From the IMG/VR virus record IMGVR_UViG_3300026902_000002: a stretch of 38,691 nucleotides of DNA. One strand, written 5' to 3'. The position numbers and the translations under genes were made by a program. The stretch comes from a virus. Shown here piece after piece: positions 5,711 through 13,192 of this stretch. The first letter of the stretch is position 1; every line of letters starts with the position of its first letter. The notes beneath the pieces were generated by a model, which made no database searches, had not been told where the DNA came from, and worked only from the letters and a program-made list of their open reading frames with translations.

Positions 5711-6190
5711 ATGAACATACATTTTTCAAGCGTGACAGATTTACACGCGACACCCCAAGAGTTTTTCGACAAGCTCAATGCGGAGTTTAACTTTACGCTG
5801 GACGTTTGCGCGACAGACGAAAACACAAAGTGCTTGTCATGGTTTACCAAAGAGCACGATGGATTGTGTCAAGAGTGGAAAGGGGTTGTTTGGATGAACC
5901 CTCCCTACGGACGCGAAATAGGGCGCTGGATGGAGAAGGCCAACGAAGCAGCGAACGAAGGCGCAACGGTGGTTTGCTTGGTTCCTGCACGCACCGATAC
6001 GAAATGGTGGCATGAGTGCGCCATCCAGCACGAGGTGCGCTTTATCAGGGGGCGACTCAAGTTTGGGGACGCGAAGAACAGCGCACCATTTCCTAGCGCC
6101 GTGATTGTGATGCGGAGCCGGGTAGGGCATAACGCAGAAATAACCGGCGGCTTAAATGAGTTGTTAGATCAGAGGGGAAGAATAAGATGA
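5711..6190 (+). CDS. Phage Dam-family DNA N6-adenine methyltransferase (159 aa)
   Basis: Motifs FTLDVCA and VWMNPPYGR (NPPY catalytic motif), LVPARTDTKWW, FIRGRLKF. ORF 5684..6190 trimmed to the ATG that follows AAGGA. Confidence 0.85.
   Translation: MNIHFSSVTDLHATPQEFFDKLNAEFNFTLDVCATDENTKCLSWFTKEHDGLCQEWKGVVWMNPPYGREIGRWMEKANEAANEGATVVCLVPARTDTKWWHECAIQHEVRFIRGRLKFGDAKNSAPFPSAVIVMRSRVGHNAEITGGLNELLDQRGRIR
6127..6171 (+). repeat. 45-bp junction repeat, copy 1 (inside the methyltransferase 3' end)
   Basis: GCATAACGCAGAAATAACCGGCGGCTTAAATGAGTTGTTAGATCA; 44/45 identical to 7099-7143. Confidence 0.95.
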
Positions 6191-6723
6191 ACTTTGAAGG
6201 GTTTGGTAAAATCGCAAGATGGTCTAGGAATATAACAATAACTGAAAAAATAGATGGGACGAATGCCTGTATTTTTATCGGAGAAAATGGGGAGTTTTTG
6301 ACAGCGTCGCGGACACGATGGATTACGCCAGCAGATGACAACTATGGGTTTAGTAAATGGGCGCATGAGAACAAGGATGACTTACTTTCGCTTGGTGTAG
6401 GGAAACACTTTGGCGAGTGGTGGGGCGAAGGTATCCAGCGGAGGTATGATCAAAACAAAAAACGGTTTAGCCTTTTCAACACATCAAAATGGAGCGCGGT
6501 TAGGCCAGAGTGCTGTGATGTAGTGCCTATTATTTACAATGGCATACTTGACGAAAAAGCAGTAAGTAGTGCTATTGAAATATTACGGACGAATGGCAGT
6601 GTAGCTGCACCTGGTTTTATGCGCCCAGAGGGAATAGTGATCTGGCATGAGGCAGCGTGTAAGTATTTCAAGAAAACTCTGGAGAAGGACGAAGAACCTA
6701 AAAGCGTGGCAGCTTGGCTATGA
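6187..6723 (+). CDS. Minimal ATP-dependent RNA ligase-type nucleotidyltransferase (178 aa)
   Basis: Motif I KIDGTN (KxDGxN), then GEWWGEG, EGIVIW and YFKKT, in the order expected for ligase motifs III-V. ATGA overlap with the methyltransferase stop. Confidence 0.7.
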   Translation: MNFEGFGKIARWSRNITITEKIDGTNACIFIGENGEFLTASRTRWITPADDNYGFSKWAHENKDDLLSLGVGKHFGEWWGEGIQRRYDQNKKRFSLFNTSKWSAVRPECCDVVPIIYNGILDEKAVSSAIEILRTNGSVAAPGFMRPEGIVIWHEAACKYFKKTLEKDEEPKSVAAWL

Positions 6724-6822
6724 ATATGCGCGGCGCGAGTTTGCGAAAGCTACCGGACTTTACAAGGAAGATGATTATGACGCATAACGTTCAAGTTCAG
6801 GGTTATGCATCTGGAGACGAGA

Positions 6823-7104
6823 ATGAGTGATTACAAACGAGTACCGACAAGCGCCGAAGTGTGGGCGGTGATTCGGGCGCGGCATCCCGAAATGCGCGTG
6901 TTCGGCAGCTACAGCGCCCCGGACGGCGACGAGTTCGGCAACCCGAGCAAAGGAAGGATGTTTACGAGCTACGGATTCGAGCATGGCGATTACCCGGTGA
7001 TCGAGGCGCAGACGACATGGGACATTGACCCGGAGGCGCGGCACAAGAGGATAAACGAGCAGCATGAATACTGGCTGTGCTTGCCGGTGCGCGAAGATGC
7101 ATAA
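6823..7104 (+). CDS. 93-aa protein, unknown function; visibly GC-rich
   Basis: ORF 6805..7104 trimmed to the ATG that follows GGAG. Its stop lies inside copy 2 of the 45-bp repeat. Confidence 0.6.
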   Translation: MSDYKRVPTSAEVWAVIRARHPEMRVFGSYSAPDGDEFGNPSKGRMFTSYGFEHGDYPVIEAQTTWDIDPEARHKRINEQHEYWLCLPVREDA

Positions 7105-7143
7105 CGCAGAAATAACCGGCGGCTTAAGTGAGTTGTTAGATCA
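7099..7143 (+). repeat. 45-bp junction repeat, copy 2
   Basis: One mismatch (7128 G vs 6156 A). In the methyltransferase frame it reads HNAEITGGLSELLDH*. Confidence 0.95.
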
Positions 7144-7157
7144 CTAAGGAGGATGCG

Positions 7158-7403
7158 ATGCACAGACGTAAAAGGTTTTTAATTTATCCAAAAAACTACA
7201 AGCCTGGTGATGGTTTTGTCATTAGATACTCAAAGCGGCAAGCGTGGAAAGTAGCGGTGCGTATGGGAGAAGGAGCAAGCGTTGACGTTGAGGTCAACAT
7301 TCACCCGGCGCGTGGGAAATTTTGGGCGTCGAGCCAGCAGTTAAACCTTTGGGAGCCGCTGGCGTTGAAGCCTCAACTAAACTTTAGAGGGGTAATAAAA
7401 TGA
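7158..7403 (+). CDS. 81-aa protein, unknown function; paralogue of 8501..8710
   Basis: ORF track; SD AAGGAGGA. Shares the pattern [FY]L[IV]YP...[IV]R[YF]SK.QA.K.A...G with the 8501 gene. Confidence 0.7.
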   Translation: MHRRKRFLIYPKNYKPGDGFVIRYSKRQAWKVAVRMGEGASVDVEVNIHPARGKFWASSQQLNLWEPLALKPQLNFRGVIK

Positions 7404-7406
7404 ACG
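7366..7406 (+). repeat. 41-bp junction repeat, copy 1
   Basis: TGAAGCCTCAACTAAACTTTAGAGGGGTAATAAAATGAACG; 39/41 identical to 7601-7641. Confidence 0.95.
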
Positions 7407-7600
7407 TAGCTGAATTGATTGAATTTTTGCAGACACAACCTAAAGAATTACAAGTCGCGTATGACATGTATAGCGAACACCGCCTTATTGAGCAGATGGA
7501 CATTCGTATTGTGGAGGCATGTGAGCCGCGCCCAGATGGTTGGATTCAGCGCAAGCGCCCTGACAAGCCAACTCAGTTGTATTTGATGCTGCCCGGTTAA
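7400..7600 (+). CDS. 66-aa protein, unknown function (cassette between the 41-bp repeats)
   Basis: ORF track; ATGA overlap with the upstream gene. Confidence 0.65.
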   Translation: MNVAELIEFLQTQPKELQVAYDMYSEHRLIEQMDIRIVEACEPRPDGWIQRKRPDKPTQLYLMLPG

Positions 7601-7641
7601 TGAAGCCACAACTAAAATTTAGAGGGGTAATAAAATGAACG
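7601..7641 (+). repeat. 41-bp junction repeat, copy 2
   Basis: Encodes the relic ..MKPQLKFRGVIK*, matching the C-terminus ..LKPQLNFRGVIK* of the 7158 gene. Confidence 0.95.
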
Positions 7642-7823
7642 ACGTAGATAATGAGGAATTTGAAGATATTATCTTTGATTACGAATGCGAACGTGACGCA
7701 ATCAACGATGCGGCACCACTGGATATGCCTGCCGAATGTGATAACTGCGGGTGCATTGATTGCATTCGGGTCAGAGGTGGCATTGAGTGCGCAGAGTGTG
7801 GAAAGTTTTACAGAATTCAATAA
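7635..7823 (+). CDS. 62-aa acidic zinc-ribbon protein (CDNCGCIDC ... CAEC)
   Basis: ORF track; Cys pairs. Confidence 0.65.
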   Translation: MNDVDNEEFEDIIFDYECERDAINDAAPLDMPAECDNCGCIDCIRVRGGIECAECGKFYRIQ

Positions 7824-7834
7824 GGATAGGTGAA

Positions 7835-8041
7835 ATGAAAAAGTATTATGTAATATCGGCACTATGGGTTTTGTTCGCTGTATGTCACACGATAGTGTCA
7901 GCGGCTAATTTGCATCATGGAAATACTCTTAATGTGGTTGTCGGGGTGGGCTTCGCTACAGTGTCTTTTATAATGGGCATGCGCAATATGAATATTATAC
8001 ACTTAATGAATTTAATGGATGGGGATGATCAAAATGGATGA
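7835..8041 (+). CDS. 68-aa membrane protein with two predicted TM segments
   Basis: ORF 7787..8041 trimmed to the ATG that follows AGGTGA. Hydrophobic stretches: ISALWVLFAVCHTIV and VVVGVGFATVSFIMG. Confidence 0.6.
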   Translation: MKKYYVISALWVLFAVCHTIVSAANLHHGNTLNVVVGVGFATVSFIMGMRNMNIIHLMNLMDGDDQNG

Positions 8042-8504
8042 AAATGCTTGTGATGTGTGCGGCTGTCATTTATTCATTGCTCGCAAAGATGGCGTGGAGT
8101 GCCAGGTGTGCGGCAATGTAATCAAAGATGAATTAGCGCCTCAAATACTACTGAGTAGTTTAATGGATGCAAAATTTGAACTGCTTAGCTTGGTGAGCAC
8201 AGTAGAATCGAATCGTATTCGGATGAGGACAGTAAACGAATCATGCGTTATCGCATTCGATTTTTATTACAACGATTTTAACAGGATCCTTGGAATTACA
8301 AACTGTGAACTTATGGGAGCAGAGCTAAAAAACGACTCCGTAACAACGAGTGCAGATATCGGGTTAATGTGTGTGGTATGGAACAATGAGCACGTATGGA
8401 AACCACTTGTTGAGGCGCTAAACAAAAGCGAATTACTTGGTGATATCGTAATGACGCGTGGGGCTTATAGAAATAGCATCAAAAGTGAATGGGTGCGATC
8501 ATGA
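8034..8504 (+). CDS. 156-aa protein with an N-terminal zinc ribbon (CDVC..13 aa..CQVC), unknown function
   Basis: ORF 8019..8504. The start is uncertain (8019, 8025 or 8034); 8034 follows GGGGA. Confidence 0.65.
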   Translation: MDENACDVCGCHLFIARKDGVECQVCGNVIKDELAPQILLSSLMDAKFELLSLVSTVESNRIRMRTVNESCVIAFDFYYNDFNRILGITNCELMGAELKNDSVTTSADIGLMCVVWNNEHVWKPLVEALNKSELLGDIVMTRGAYRNSIKSEWVRS

Positions 8505-8710
8505 AATTACATGAATTTGGACCAATTAAGAAAATAAGAATTGGATATCTGGTCTATCCTGATTCCCGTAATAGTCCATGTCGTGTCCGATTCAGTAAAT
8601 ATCAGGCAAAGAAACTGGCTAAATCCTTAGGACCAGAGGCAGAGATTGCCAAGATGGTTACAGAGTTTCGCCCAGATGGATGTATCTGGACTAAATTAAC
8701 TGAGGTTTGA
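8501..8710 (+). CDS. 69-aa protein, paralogue of 7158..7403
   Basis: ORF 8489..8710 trimmed to the ATGA-overlap start. Confidence 0.65.
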   Translation: MKLHEFGPIKKIRIGYLVYPDSRNSPCRVRFSKYQAKKLAKSLGPEAEIAKMVTEFRPDGCIWTKLTEV

Positions 8711-8732
8711 ACAATCATCCTAAATTAAAACT

Positions 8733-8756
8733 GGGGGCTACGGCCCCCTTTTCTTT
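8733..8756. terminator. Bidirectional intrinsic terminator: GGGGGC-TACG-GCCCCC stem-loop flanked by T-runs on both strands
   Basis: A 6-bp GC stem with a 4-nt loop, followed by TTTTCTTT on the + strand and AGTTTTAATTT on the - strand. It sits between convergent genes and overlaps the primase stop codon. Confidence 0.75.
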
Positions 8757-11212
8757 GCCGAAGGGTTCTTCTTTGGGATAGCATCAAAGATTTCCTTAAT
8801 TTGCGCTTTTGATTTAATTACGGCAGCGCGATACTCAGCAAATTCACTGGCAAGTCTTGGGTTTATTGCGTAATTCGCAGTTTTTCCATCGGGTGGGAGT
8901 TGTGCCACGTATCCAGCATCACACAAATCGGCCATTATATACTGCAATGTCATGTCGATGTCTTTGGTGTCCATGTTTTCGGTCTGTCGCCTGCTCGATC
9001 TTTTTATGTCAGCAATTCGGATTGTGTCACGTACTCCAGAATTTTGCACAATGTGATCAATCACCCATCTTGTCAAAGTTGACTCTGTGGAAACTACATC
9101 ATTGAACGCATACTTCATCGACGGAATAAAAAACTTCATCATGCAGTCAACAGCCTGCTGCATTGTTTCACCAGGCATGGCCACTATAGAAGGCGCCTGA
9201 ATAATGTGAAACACGAGTGCCAAACGTAGACATGTTCCTTCTGATTTACCCAGTGCTGTCATGTAATGCTTGGATGATTTCGTTATTATTTCCGCGCGTC
9301 TTAATTCAAGATACCATTTGCAAAAGGTTCGGAATATTTCTCTCGCTGCCGGTGATAAACTGTACTCAACTTGAGGAAGGTTAAAAATTGCCCTAATGAG
9401 TTTCTCATATTCGCCCTTCCTTGTCATAAACGAGGGTGCGTCATCTTGCCAAAGCGTGGTTTTTTCTCTGTCTATGGTTACTGGCAGGAATCGCTGCATT
9501 AAGCCATCGGCGCTACCTTGTTCAATGTGCCGTTTGAAAACGTCTGGTTGGATATTGCCGTATATTGTTACAGCAAGGTTTTCCGCACTGATTGTTCCAG
9601 TTGTCACCCTATCCATTGTGTAACTGCCAGTTTCATACCCTTGAATCCAACATCCCCTATCTTCTCCCGACTGTGGGCTGTTGATGCGCTTTAGCCAGTT
9701 TTCCATTTCGTCGAGTAATAGCAAAAACCCACGTGGTCTACCATCGGCCAGGTGGATTACCTTCTGGCTTGTTGCGTCGTTGATGATCAACCTCAGTTGT
9801 TTTGGTTCTGGTGGTAACTCAGATACAAAGGGTGGCGGCGAGTTGGACAGTTCCATTTCAGCCGAACCATAGAATTGCTGGAAGGCTTTCATCTGGGATA
9901 CGTGCTTGGCCTCGTGGCCTTTCCATATGAGTGCTTCAGCCCTATACCGTGGAAAATCCTCTTCTTGAATATCGTATAAAATACTGTGCAGTGGCTTACT
10001 GCCGGGTGATTTTTTGTCAGACGATAGGCCGATTGTCATTAGCCACAAAATCGGCGGCACTGTCCAGGACTCAGTAACTCTTAACTTGGTTCTGCTATCC
10101 ACTGCCGCACATACGGAAGACAATGCAGCCAGCAATGGAACAACTGGGTCACTTCCAACCATTGTTGCTACTTCAAGCGCCCGCGCTGCAATAATCTCGG
10201 GGAATAATGATAAATCGCACACGGGTTGAGCTGGTGCAGTTTGGAAATTTCCAAGGAATGTCGCTGGACAAGCAATGCTCTTAATGTTGCCGAATAACTT
10301 TGATGCATCTGTTGCCATCCACCCGTTCTCACGAGCGTAATAAAATAGGGTGTCTATCCTGATTCCCCTATTCGTCATCGACTTGAACGATCTCCACACC
10401 GTGCGGATATCTCGCTCGCCTTTGTACTTATCTTTGGACTTAGCTGACCAAGTGTTGAATAACATCAGTGCCGCGTCATTGTCACCAATCACTTCCCCCG
10501 CGTGATGCAGTGCCATCCCCACATGAACCCACTCTGCCCGCGATATGCTCGGATCAATGAACTCCAGCGCACTACGAATAGTCTCCAGCTCAATCAGCTT
10601 CGGATCGCTTGGTGGCAATCCCTCATCCGTGTGACTGATCAGTGAGTGCCATAGCTCAACAAGTGCTTGTGGCATTGTTGGCAGATTGTCAAAACTCCCA
10701 TTCCCGCCCCATTCATAACTACGGTTTGTGTCTGGATGGATTGAAGGCGGCAATACGTCCTGTGCAGTAAGACCACCGGCGGTGGCGCACCTGAAGTCAA
10801 TGAAGTTGTACTTGGTGCCATCTGGGGCGGTAGCGATTAGTTTCTTCGACACCATGGGAAGGCCAAATGGCAGGTTGTATAATAGTTTAGTGTGGCCTTC
10901 TCGACCTGATTCAATCCTGACTGCATCTGGTGCGCCAAGAAGCGCGTTTAGGTCAATCCCATGGGAAGCCAAGTACGCCGTAGCATCATCCAGTGCGTCA
11001 ATGTCTATGGCTGCTGTACCACTGTAGGCGTGAGCAAGTCCGATGTTCCACCCTTCTGGAATTCGACCTGAATCAGTTATGCAGTTTCCAGACTCATTCC
11101 ATCCTTTAGTTGATGGGCCTTTTTGACCAGGCGGGATTGGAACAAGGTGCCAACCTAAAGAAGTGTACGAGTCAAAAAGGGTGACTAGTTCATTGTTTGC
11201 TGCGAGTGGCAT
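8738..11212 (-). CDS. Primase-helicase: N-terminal PrimPol domain, PriCT-2-like middle region, DUF3987-like C-terminal region (824 aa)
   Basis: LGWHLVPIPPGQKGPSTKGW and AAIDIDALDD (PrimPol); AEWVHVGMALHHAG (PriCT-like); LLLLDEME (Walker-B-like). The track ORF starts at a TTG (11248), so I prefer the ATG at 11212. Confidence 0.8.
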   Translation of the reverse strand: MPLAANNELVTLFDSYTSLGWHLVPIPPGQKGPSTKGWNESGNCITDSGRIPEGWNIGLAHAYSGTAAIDIDALDDATAYLASHGIDLNALLGAPDAVRIESGREGHTKLLYNLPFGLPMVSKKLIATAPDGTKYNFIDFRCATAGGLTAQDVLPPSIHPDTNRSYEWGGNGSFDNLPTMPQALVELWHSLISHTDEGLPPSDPKLIELETIRSALEFIDPSISRAEWVHVGMALHHAGEVIGDNDAALMLFNTWSAKSKDKYKGERDIRTVWRSFKSMTNRGIRIDTLFYYARENGWMATDASKLFGNIKSIACPATFLGNFQTAPAQPVCDLSLFPEIIAARALEVATMVGSDPVVPLLAALSSVCAAVDSRTKLRVTESWTVPPILWLMTIGLSSDKKSPGSKPLHSILYDIQEEDFPRYRAEALIWKGHEAKHVSQMKAFQQFYGSAEMELSNSPPPFVSELPPEPKQLRLIINDATSQKVIHLADGRPRGFLLLLDEMENWLKRINSPQSGEDRGCWIQGYETGSYTMDRVTTGTISAENLAVTIYGNIQPDVFKRHIEQGSADGLMQRFLPVTIDREKTTLWQDDAPSFMTRKGEYEKLIRAIFNLPQVEYSLSPAAREIFRTFCKWYLELRRAEIITKSSKHYMTALGKSEGTCLRLALVFHIIQAPSIVAMPGETMQQAVDCMMKFFIPSMKYAFNDVVSTESTLTRWVIDHIVQNSGVRDTIRIADIKRSSRRQTENMDTKDIDMTLQYIMADLCDAGYVAQLPPDGKTANYAINPRLASEFAEYRAAVIKSKAQIKEIFDAIPKKNPSAKKRGP

Positions 11213-11241
11213 CGTACATACCTTTTTATTTGAGTAGAGGG

Positions 11242-11271
11242 TTGACAATATAGATCATCCCGTTCTACAAT
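11242..11271 (+). promoter_or_regulatory. Near-consensus sigma70 promoter for the replication operon: -35 TTGACA, 18-nt spacer, -10 TACAAT
   Basis: TTGACA at 11242-11247 and TACAAT at 11266-11271, upstream of the RHH gene. Confidence 0.6.
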
Positions 11272-11275
11272 TCAA
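11247..11275 (-). promoter_or_regulatory. Divergent promoter for the primase gene: -35 TTGAAT, 17-nt spacer, -10 TATATT (minus strand)
   Basis: Reverse complement of 11270-11275 and 11247-11252. Its -10 overlaps the -35 of the rightward promoter. Confidence 0.5.
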
Positions 11276-11304
11276 TAACATTTGTGAAACGTGAGGTAAA
11301 TACA

Positions 11305-11484
11305 ATGAAGATTCGACATGATCGCTTCCTCGGTACGAGGGTTACAGAGGATACATATGACCTATTTGTACAGAAGGTGATGCGGCTGCCAGTAGATCGT
11401 TCACAAGTGTTACGTGAATTAATAGAATCATTCGTCGAAGACCGGGTGATAATCGTACCATCAAACAAGAGGATATTAAAATGA
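11305..11484 (+). CDS. 59-aa ribbon-helix-helix (CopG/Arc-like) DNA-binding protein
   Basis: A candidate beta-strand FLGTRVTE followed by two helices (TYDLFVQKV, RSQVLRELIESFV). ORF 11284 (GTG) trimmed to the ATG that follows GAGG. Confidence 0.6.
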   Translation: MKIRHDRFLGTRVTEDTYDLFVQKVMRLPVDRSQVLRELIESFVEDRVIIVPSNKRILK

Positions 11485-11903
11485 GCATCGAAGACAGCCT
11501 TTCAAGAATTGCCACAGCATTGGAACAACTGGTGAGTAAACAAAGTACACCACCCCCCGTTGCTACAAAAAAGAAAGGGAATGATATCTGCGATAAACCA
11601 GTTGTTGCATCTGCTGTACCAGAGGCCGCGCCTGTTATAAAACCCGAACCCGCTATGATGACAGATGTGCCTACTGTGGTTGAAAGCGTACCTACTGTAG
11701 CCCCGCTCCCATTTTCAGACAAGGCAGGATTGACCGCATACATCATGGCCGCTTACAAAAAACTCGGGCCAATCAGCGGTTCGAAAATAGAAGGCATCAT
11801 ACAGTCGCTAGGCTTTAACCGGGTAAGTGATGTTACACCAGACAGCTTCTTTAATGTGTATAATAAAGTGGAAGAGCTGATTGCTCAGTCAGGGGACAAG
11901 TAA
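11481..11903 (+). CDS. 140-aa protein with a Pro/Val/Ala-rich linker, unknown function
   Basis: ORF track; ATGA overlap. Confidence 0.7.
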   Translation: MSIEDSLSRIATALEQLVSKQSTPPPVATKKKGNDICDKPVVASAVPEAAPVIKPEPAMMTDVPTVVESVPTVAPLPFSDKAGLTAYIMAAYKKLGPISGSKIEGIIQSLGFNRVSDVTPDSFFNVYNKVEELIAQSGDK

Positions 11904-13192
11904 TGACAGAAAATACTCACTCTGAGATGTCGCCAAGTGGTTTTGAGAGACTGATGACATGCCCGGCATCATACAAGGCCAACAAGAAATATAGAGAGAT
12001 TGAGTGCGTCAGTAATCCGGCCAGCATTGATGGAACGCATTCTCATACGTTACTTGCATATTGCGGAAAGGAGAGGATTCATCCAACAAGTACATTGGGT
12101 ATGACATTTGAGGACCACGAAGGGACTTTTACTGTCGCTGTCGATAGAGCGGAGCGGGTCGCCGTAGCGTTTGATTACATTGCCTCCCGTGTTGCGGAAC
12201 TTGGCGAGGATCAAACGGAGGTGGAGCACGAGGTCAAGATGGATAGCGACTCAGTATTTGGTCGTGGTGACATGGGCGGTACGGCAGACGTTATTATCTT
12301 ATCGAAGGATACGATGGAGGTAATTGATTATAAGGATGGTAGGGAAAAAGTTGATGTGGAGTGTGCCCAGTTGTACATTTATGGGCTACTGGCGATGCGA
12401 AATTATTTCTATCGTGCCCATAATCCTTATCCTTTTGTAAATACTGTCAGGCTTACCATAATACAACCGAGGTTGGGAACCACGGATGGGCCATCCAGTG
12501 GTATATCATCTATAGATATTCCAATAGGCGAGTTGTGGGAAAGACGCAATCTGTACATAGCTGCGGCAGCGGCGTGTGAAGAGGACGACGCGCCTTATGT
12601 ACCGTCGGACTTGTGCAGATATTGCCCCAGTGCCACAAATAGTAGTTGTACTGCGTTTGCAAACCATGTGTTCAACAAGGTGAATATTTTATTCTCTGCA
12701 ACGGATATTACAGATCAGGCTGCGAAGAAGGATGCGTCGTCCCTGACAAATGACCAATTGCGGGAAATAATACTGGCTGGCCCCTTATTGAGATCATTGA
12801 TTGCAGATGCGGAAAAGGAAGAAGTAAGACGCTTGGCCAGCGGGCAGGTAATCGAAGGACGAAAGCTGGTCCACGGCAAAGGGTCAAGGGATTGGAAATA
12901 CGAAGAAGATGAGATGGCAGCCAAGTTGAAAAAATTCGGTATCCCAAAAACTCAAATTTATAAGCAAACGCTGTTATCACCAGCGCAGGCTGAAGGAATT
13001 TCATGGAAGAAAGCAGACGGTAGTGTTTCAAGACTGTCCAAGAAGCAGATAGACATGTTGCGAAATGACTATGTGGTCTGGTCACCAGGGAAGATCATCG
13101 CTGTAGATAGTGATGATAAGAGAGAAGAAGTGGGCAGTAGGTCATGTGAGGCGCTGTTCAATAGTGTCGACCCACTTCCGGAATGGCTGTAA
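11903..13192 (+). CDS. DUF2800-like PD-(D/E)XK (Cas4-type) nuclease, 429 aa
   Basis: GTADVIILSKDTMEVIDYKDG (D...D-x-K). Four Cys arranged as in Cas4/AddB Fe-S clusters (TCPASY ... CRYCPSATNSSC). Synteny with SSB and polymerase. Confidence 0.75.
   Translation: MTENTHSEMSPSGFERLMTCPASYKANKKYREIECVSNPASIDGTHSHTLLAYCGKERIHPTSTLGMTFEDHEGTFTVAVDRAERVAVAFDYIASRVAELGEDQTEVEHEVKMDSDSVFGRGDMGGTADVIILSKDTMEVIDYKDGREKVDVECAQLYIYGLLAMRNYFYRAHNPYPFVNTVRLTIIQPRLGTTDGPSSGISSIDIPIGELWERRNLYIAAAAACEEDDAPYVPSDLCRYCPSATNSSCTAFANHVFNKVNILFSATDITDQAAKKDASSLTNDQLREIILAGPLLRSLIADAEKEEVRRLASGQVIEGRKLVHGKGSRDWKYEEDEMAAKLKKFGIPKTQIYKQTLLSPAQAEGISWKKADGSVSRLSKKQIDMLRNDYVVWSPGKIIAVDSDDKREEVGSRSCEALFNSVDPLPEWL

Noticed and set aside
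5335-5850. 171-aa minus-strand ORF spanning the 34-bp repeats, ORF82 and the methyltransferase start
   Set aside because: It is antisense to better-supported plus-strand genes in a strictly rightward operon and has no SD. It is open mainly because the segment is GC-rich.
730-8710. Lysogeny functions (integrase, CI/Cro-type repressor, excisionase) and a T7-type RNA polymerase in the early region
   Set aside because: No ORF is long enough or carries recombinase or RNAP motifs. The only candidate regulators are tiny RHH-like proteins. The phage may be virulent, but absence of evidence from eye-reading is weak evidence.
11342-11746. 134-aa minus-strand ORF antisense to the RHH gene and the 140-aa gene
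   Set aside because: It is antisense within a rightward operon and low-complexity (Gly/Ala/Thr/Ser), with no initiation signal.
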